NCBI GenBank assembly: GCA_964493145.1
Contig: CAZBMV010000002.1
Span: 14,157-78,156 of the forward strand
Reading direction: 5' to 3'
DNA: 64,000 nucleotides
Origin: an uncultured Candidatus Saccharibacteria bacterium
GTDB taxonomy: Bacteria; Patescibacteriota; Minisyncoccia; Phycocordibacterales; UBA918
The notes beneath the pieces are model-generated. The model was not told the DNA's origin. It did no database searches and saw only the letters and a list, made by a program, of their open reading frames with translations. Position numbers and translations under genes: made by a program. Shown in pieces: positions 59,640-64,000 of the stretch. Numbering within the stretch: position 1 is the stretch's first letter; every line of letters starts with the position of its first letter.

Positions 59640-59875
59640 GTTAGATACGGCAAGAACTGCCGTAAGTAAACTAGATAATATAAGCCAAGGGTCTTATCGA
59701 ACAAAATGTATTACAAGCCGGTAATACAAAAAACGGCCGAAACCGTTTACCTAATTAGTATACCATTTTGATGCGCAAAGTCAAATTAAATGACAACTAT
59801 GGACTGTTGTCAAATTATTTGATGGCTAGGTTTTGAGCCATATTATTTAGTAAAAATATTGACAATAATACACAA

Positions 59876-60721
59876 TTATTGTGTTGTTTTTTGCTTTATG
59901 AGTGCCATTGCACCATAGATTCCACCCTCGTCTTTAAGCATCGCGTCCACAATGGGAGGGCATGGCAAGAGGCCATCAAGCGCTTCAGTGGTGTACTTTA
60001 CAATTGGGTCAAGGAAGATACGCGGATCGCCCACAATCATAGATCCGCCCAGAACAATGGCATCCGGTGACCAGTAGACGACGGTATTTTTTAGGCCCGA
60101 AGCCAGGTATTTTGCCAATTCATCCCACACGTGATCGTCTTGCGGTATTTCGTATGGTTTTACCCCTCGCTGTCGTTCAAGCGAAGCGCCCGATACTAGA
60201 TTTTCAAGGGTCGGAGGGATGTGATTCCCGAGGAGCGTGCGGTCAATATCAAGCACTTGGTGTCCCGGTTCAAATCCAACACTCACGACATCAAGTTTTC
60301 CATTGACAAATCGTGCACCTCCGACTCCCGTACTCACCGTGTGGTACGCGACGATGTTGTACCCCTTCCCCGCCCCGAATGCGACCTCGCCGAGACCGAC
60401 GATGGCCGTGTCATTTTCAAGGTACGTGGGAACACCAAAAACTCCGCCGAGGTCGGTGGTTAGAGAACGCCCGACCCAATCACTGAGTACTTTCTCACTC
60501 ACAATGCCGGTCTTCTCGTGATTGAGTGGCCCGCGAATACCTCCCGCCATTGCGGTAATCTGTTGATTTTTTCTCACCGACTCAATGGCGTTCACAATCG
60601 CTCCGATTCCCTCTCGGTACGTGAGTGGGGTGTCAAACTTAATAATGTCGGAAACCGTCATGAGATCATCACTCGCGGCGACCCGCGTTTTTGTTCCACC
60701 GATGTCAAAGAGGATGTACAT
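59876..60721 (-). CDS. ROK-family glucokinase
   Basis: MYILFDIGGTKTRVA…, …LENDTAIVGLGE… and …VSTGVGGA… are ROK signatures. Confidence 0.8.
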   Translation of the reverse strand: MYILFDIGGTKTRVAASDDLMTVSDIIKFDTPLTYREGIGAIVNAIESVRKNQQITAMAGGIRGPLNHEKTGIVSEKVLSDWVGRSLTTDLGGVFGVPTYLENDTAIVGLGEVAFGAGKGYNIVAYHTVSTGVGGARFVNGKLDVVSVGFEPGHQVLDIDRTLLGNHIPPTLENLVSGASLERQRGVKPYEIPQDDHVWDELAKYLASGLKNTVVYWSPDAIVLGGSMIVGDPRIFLDPIVKYTTEALDGLLPCPPIVDAMLKDEGGIYGAMALIKQKTTQ

Positions 60722-60724
60722 ACG

Positions 60725-61981
60725 TTACTTGGTGAGTGCCGATCGTGTGTGGGACTTGTATGACTCAACACTTGGCTGTATGAACGGATTGATGTTGAGG
60801 AGGTGTGCGAGAACCATCATTTCGCACATGAGTGAGGTGAGGAGCGTACCGACTTCTTCGGCGTCTACCGATGCGAGTTCAATTTTTTCGTACGGCAACG
60901 ACTGCTCGTCGTATGCTTTGAGAACACCGGTGCGAATTGCTCCCCGTATCTCTGGCACACGCTTTCCTCCGAGGTGAGGCACGTGTTTTACGAGCCAGTG
61001 GTTCTTGGGTACCGATGTCGCACCCAACTCAGGAGCGAGTACAAAGCGTGTGTACACACCCCTGTAGCCGCCAAGGTAGAGCTCGGCAACCGAGTGGAGG
61101 TCTGCGTCTGTGGTGACGGTAGGATTGAGGTGGTTGATAAATTTTTTACCGTCTACTGTCGTGTGTCTCCCGATGCTCTCTGCGAGGAGTTGGCGATACC
61201 ACAGTCCGACCGTGCGAAGGCGCTTGTTGAAGGTGAAGAAGTTTACCGTGTGTACTCCCTGCGCTGCCATACGAGCGAGTACAGACGCTCGCTTCTCAAT
61301 AGTTGCAAAACTTTTTTTCGTGCATGCATTCCGTGCTCCGCGAAGAAAACTTTCTGTGTCAATCTTTAGGAGCGTGAGCGGTACCATGCCCGCGGCGGTG
61401 AAAACGGAATACCTGCCTCCGATTGATGAAGGTAGGGTGAGAGTGCACACGTTCTTTTCGTGTCCCATGGTGACGAGCGCACTTCCCTCATCACCCACGA
61501 ACACCACCTGTGCGCGCGACTTCTCTCCGAATTTCTTTTCAAAGAGCTGCAGAACACACGTTGCATTCGTAACCGTTTCCGTCGTCGTACCTGACTTACT
61601 TATGATAACGACGGCGATATCTTTTACCTTTGAAACCGTAGCGAGGCGTGCGCGGAACGCAGAAATGTTTTCTTCATCAAGTGTATCCATGACGAGGAGT
61701 GACGGGCTCTTGTCGGTCTTGAGCGCGCTGTACACCGCTTCTGTTCCGAGACTGGAACCGCCGATACCCACGAGAACGACGTGATGTACGCCGGAAAAGC
61801 GACGCAGTGTGGAGCGTATGTGGTTCTGATATGCGGTATCTGCGCTTATGGCGAGTGATGATTCCGACGCAGCGTAGTCGCGATTTTTTATGACCTTCGC
61901 GATATGCGTCACATACTCGCCGGCATGCGATGACTGCGCATCACTTTTTTGTAACGGTGTGTGTGAAAATGATGATCGCAT
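60725..61981 (-). CDS. pgi: Glucose-6-phosphate isomerase
   Basis: VVLVGIGGSSLGTEAV and ISKSGTTTETVTNA are PGI signatures. Confidence 0.85.
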   Translation of the reverse strand: MRSSFSHTPLQKSDAQSSHAGEYVTHIAKVIKNRDYAASESSLAISADTAYQNHIRSTLRRFSGVHHVVLVGIGGSSLGTEAVYSALKTDKSPSLLVMDTLDEENISAFRARLATVSKVKDIAVVIISKSGTTTETVTNATCVLQLFEKKFGEKSRAQVVFVGDEGSALVTMGHEKNVCTLTLPSSIGGRYSVFTAAGMVPLTLLKIDTESFLRGARNACTKKSFATIEKRASVLARMAAQGVHTVNFFTFNKRLRTVGLWYRQLLAESIGRHTTVDGKKFINHLNPTVTTDADLHSVAELYLGGYRGVYTRFVLAPELGATSVPKNHWLVKHVPHLGGKRVPEIRGAIRTGVLKAYDEQSLPYEKIELASVDAEEVGTLLTSLMCEMMVLAHLLNINPFIQPSVESYKSHTRSALTK

Positions 61982-61989
61982 ACGCTGTA

Positions 61990-62733
61990 CTATATCTGAC
62001 GTGGTGCCGCTAAATCTACGTGCGCAACGATGTACTCGTACGCCTCATCAACCGAATCCACAATATGGAAGAGATCCATATCTTCAGGACTGATGGTCTT
62101 ATACTGCTTGAGTAACTTTTTATCAAACAATTCAAGAATCGAAGCCCAAAAATCTTTTCCGTAGAGCACAATGGGGATGCGGGCAATCTTTTCTGTTTGG
62201 ATGAGGGTGACAATCTCCAACAGTTCATCCAGTGTTCCGAATCCGCCCGGAAAGTACACGTAGACTTCGGAGGCAAATGAGAGCATGACCTTGCGAGAAA
62301 AAAAGTAGTGGAACGTTTCTGACTCAGTGACGTACGGATTCAACTTTTGTTCTGTGGGAAGCACGATGTTGAGACCGAGGGACTTACCACCAACCTTAAA
62401 TGAGCCGACGTTAGCGGCCTCCATGATACCGGGGCCTCCGCCGGTAATAATTGTAAAGCCCTTTTTCGCAAGTTTTGCGGCGAGCGACTCTGCGGCTTTG
62501 TATACCGGATCACGAGGGGTGAGGCGAGCGCTTCCAAAAAATGTGGCGGCGGTGCTGTATTTGCGAAGAACATCAAATCCGTTCACGAACTCCGACATGA
62601 TGCGGAAGATGCGCCACGACTGAACCGCGTTATCACTCTCAAAGAGATCGGTCATGACCCTGCAGTGCATGTTCCGATCATCCTTTTTTAAATTAAATTT
62701 TTTCGCTGAGGTGCTCTTTTTTTTGAATGCCAT
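61990..62733 (-). CDS. LOG-family protein (TIGR00730, putative nucleotide 5'-monophosphate nucleosidase)
   Basis: VYFPGGFGTLDELLEIVTLIQTEKI… and …ITGGGPGIMEAAN… are LOG motifs. The start is taken at MAFKKK. Confidence 0.8.
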   Translation of the reverse strand: MAFKKKSTSAKKFNLKKDDRNMHCRVMTDLFESDNAVQSWRIFRIMSEFVNGFDVLRKYSTAATFFGSARLTPRDPVYKAAESLAAKLAKKGFTIITGGGPGIMEAANVGSFKVGGKSLGLNIVLPTEQKLNPYVTESETFHYFFSRKVMLSFASEVYVYFPGGFGTLDELLEIVTLIQTEKIARIPIVLYGKDFWASILELFDKKLLKQYKTISPEDMDLFHIVDSVDEAYEYIVAHVDLAAPRQI

Positions 62734-62753
62734 GGTGAAATTGTACCACGACG

Positions 62754-63359
62754 TCACGCCCACGGGACCTCATACTGTTCAAATTCTGGGAGTAATTTTT
62801 TCCCATAGAGGAGGCGCGAGATGACCTCGGCATGCGAGAGTGCACCGGTGAGTGCGCTGTGTGGTTTTGGTTCATCGGGTATGCCACAGTAGTTGAGTAC
62901 GGCGTCAAGATTGAGCGCAGAGCGACGATGCTGTGGGTCTGTAGGAGGTGTGACGCCGTGCGCCACCATGTGCATGTAGCAGAGCGAATGTGTATCTATG
63001 GTGCGGTGTGCGAGATCCCACGGAAGCCCTTCACGCCTGCATGCCGCTTTTAGAAAATCTCTATCAAATGAGACATTCTGCCCTGCGAGGGTACGATCAG
63101 CCATGTGCTGAGACCACTCAAAGAACTTGCGCACAATTTCACCCTCTGAAGGCTTTGTCGCATCGGTAACCTCTTCACGTGTGAATCCATTCACCTCAAG
63201 TGCTTCATCCATAACGTGTGCACCTTCCCACATGCAACACTCTTCATAGAAACGATTGATTGGGTCACTGAAATCAACCGCCCCGAGCGAGACAATTGAG
63301 TGAATCCCCGCCTCGGTTCCCGTCGCTTCTATATCTATGACAATCATACGTGTAAGCAT
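62754..63359 (-). CDS. DEDDh 3'-5' exonuclease (DnaQ/epsilon-like)
   Basis: Exo I (MIVIDIEATG), Exo II (…NVSFDRDFL…) and Exo III (HSALTGALSHAEV). Confidence 0.75.
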   Translation of the reverse strand: MLTRMIVIDIEATGTEAGIHSIVSLGAVDFSDPINRFYEECCMWEGAHVMDEALEVNGFTREEVTDATKPSEGEIVRKFFEWSQHMADRTLAGQNVSFDRDFLKAACRREGLPWDLAHRTIDTHSLCYMHMVAHGVTPPTDPQHRRSALNLDAVLNYCGIPDEPKPHSALTGALSHAEVISRLLYGKKLLPEFEQYEVPWA

Positions 63360-63398
63360 ACCATGGCGTAGGAGCATCTCTTTCTATACAATATTTGC

Positions 63399-64000
63399 AT
63401 GGACGTACACATTGAGGATTCGTGGAAGACAGCAATCGGTGAAGAGTTTGAAAAACCATACTTTAAACTTCTTACCGAAAAGGTGCGCACCGCGTACACG
63501 AGTGGTGTTCCTGTGTATCCTCCACCGAAACACATTTTCCGTGCCTTTGAACTTTGCCCTTTTGATGCGGTGCGCGTCGTGATACTCGGACAAGATCCGT
63601 ACCACGGACCGCATCAGGCACACGGACTCTGTTTTTCCGTTAACGACGACATCCCCATTCCTCCATCACTCAAGAACATACACAAGGAACTTCGCGATGA
63701 CCTCGGCACGCCCATTCCCATGACCGGTAACCTCACGCACTGGGGCGTGCAGGGAGTTCTCCTCCTCAATGCGACACTCACCGTCCATGCGGGAATTGCC
63801 GGTTCACACCAAGGGTGGGGGTGGGAAGAATTTACCGATGCTGTTATTCACGCAATTTCGGAAAAGAATACACACGTTGTCTTTCTTCTCTGGGGCAAGT
63901 ACGCACAGGGTAAGCGAACGCTCATAGACGAGACAAAGCACCTCGTCCTCACCGCCGCACACCCTTCCCCGCTCTCAGCACATAATGGTTTTTTCGGGTG
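63399..64000 (+). CDS. ung: Uracil-DNA glycosylase, family 1 (3' end lies outside the window)
   Basis: My own translation gives …VVILGQDPYHGPHQAHGLCFSV… and …HPSPLSAHNGFFG. It is open to the window end. Confidence 0.85.
   Translation, partial: MDVHIEDSWKTAIGEEFEKPYFKLLTEKVRTAYTSGVPVYPPPKHIFRAFELCPFDAVRVVILGQDPYHGPHQAHGLCFSVNDDIPIPPSLKNIHKELRDDLGTPIPMTGNLTHWGVQGVLLLNATLTVHAGIAGSHQGWGWEEFTDAVIHAISEKNTHVVFLLWGKYAQGKRTLIDETKHLVLTAAHPSPLSAHNGFFG

Noticed and set aside
59640-59700. Signal peptide extension (DPWLILSSLLTAVLAVSN) upstream of the SLT-like gene.
   Set aside because: The in-frame upstream stretch contains no ATG, GTG or TTG start before the stop at 59694-59696, so it cannot be translated as annotated. 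Kept the GTG at 59639.
1-64000. CRISPR arrays, rRNA genes and tRNA genes.
   Set aside because: No regularly spaced direct repeats with unique spacers were found. No rRNA-like conserved stretches were found. No cloverleaf with a GTTCGAATC-type T-loop was found in any intergenic region. The GGTTCGC at 45376 belongs to the T-box element.

Overview
This 64 kb window reads like bacterial chromosome, probably from a small-genome, CPR/Parcubacteria-like organism (inference). The supporting signals are a cysteine-less L36, a short AlaRS, and a sigma-70-region-4 plus HARE-HTH protein. It is dominated by housekeeping genes at about 50% GC. These include leuS, alaS, trpS, gltX, a T-box-controlled class IIb aspS/asnS-type synthetase, and an infA-rpmJ-rpsM-rpsK-rpsD-rpoA-rplQ / rplM-rpsI ribosomal block. 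There is also a grpE-dnaK-dnaJ operon, a cell-wall/division block (DD-carboxypeptidase, mraY, ftsW, murG, an M23 peptidase, murI, mltG), scpAB, pepA, mnmA, pgi, a ROK glucokinase, a LOG protein, a DnaQ-like exonuclease and ung. An AT-rich accessory region lies at about 32.6-42.9 kb. It carries a Fic protein with palindromic operators, an HExxH protein, two tightly packed paralogs of an unknown ~260-aa family (a third, native-GC copy sits at 31.2 kb), an orphan 7TM sensor histidine kinase and a MazF-like gene with an ATG-TAA start. It also carries a SAM methyltransferase, an S66 peptidase, a 3' remnant of a second histidine kinase and an AbrB/RelE toxin-antitoxin pair. A Phd/RelE pair sits after dnaJ. 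A compact CofE-like / RimK-like ATP-grasp / 5-formyl-THF cyclo-ligase cluster flanked by small membrane proteins suggests a non-canonical glutamylation module. No rRNA, tRNA, CRISPR array, transposase or integrase was recognised.
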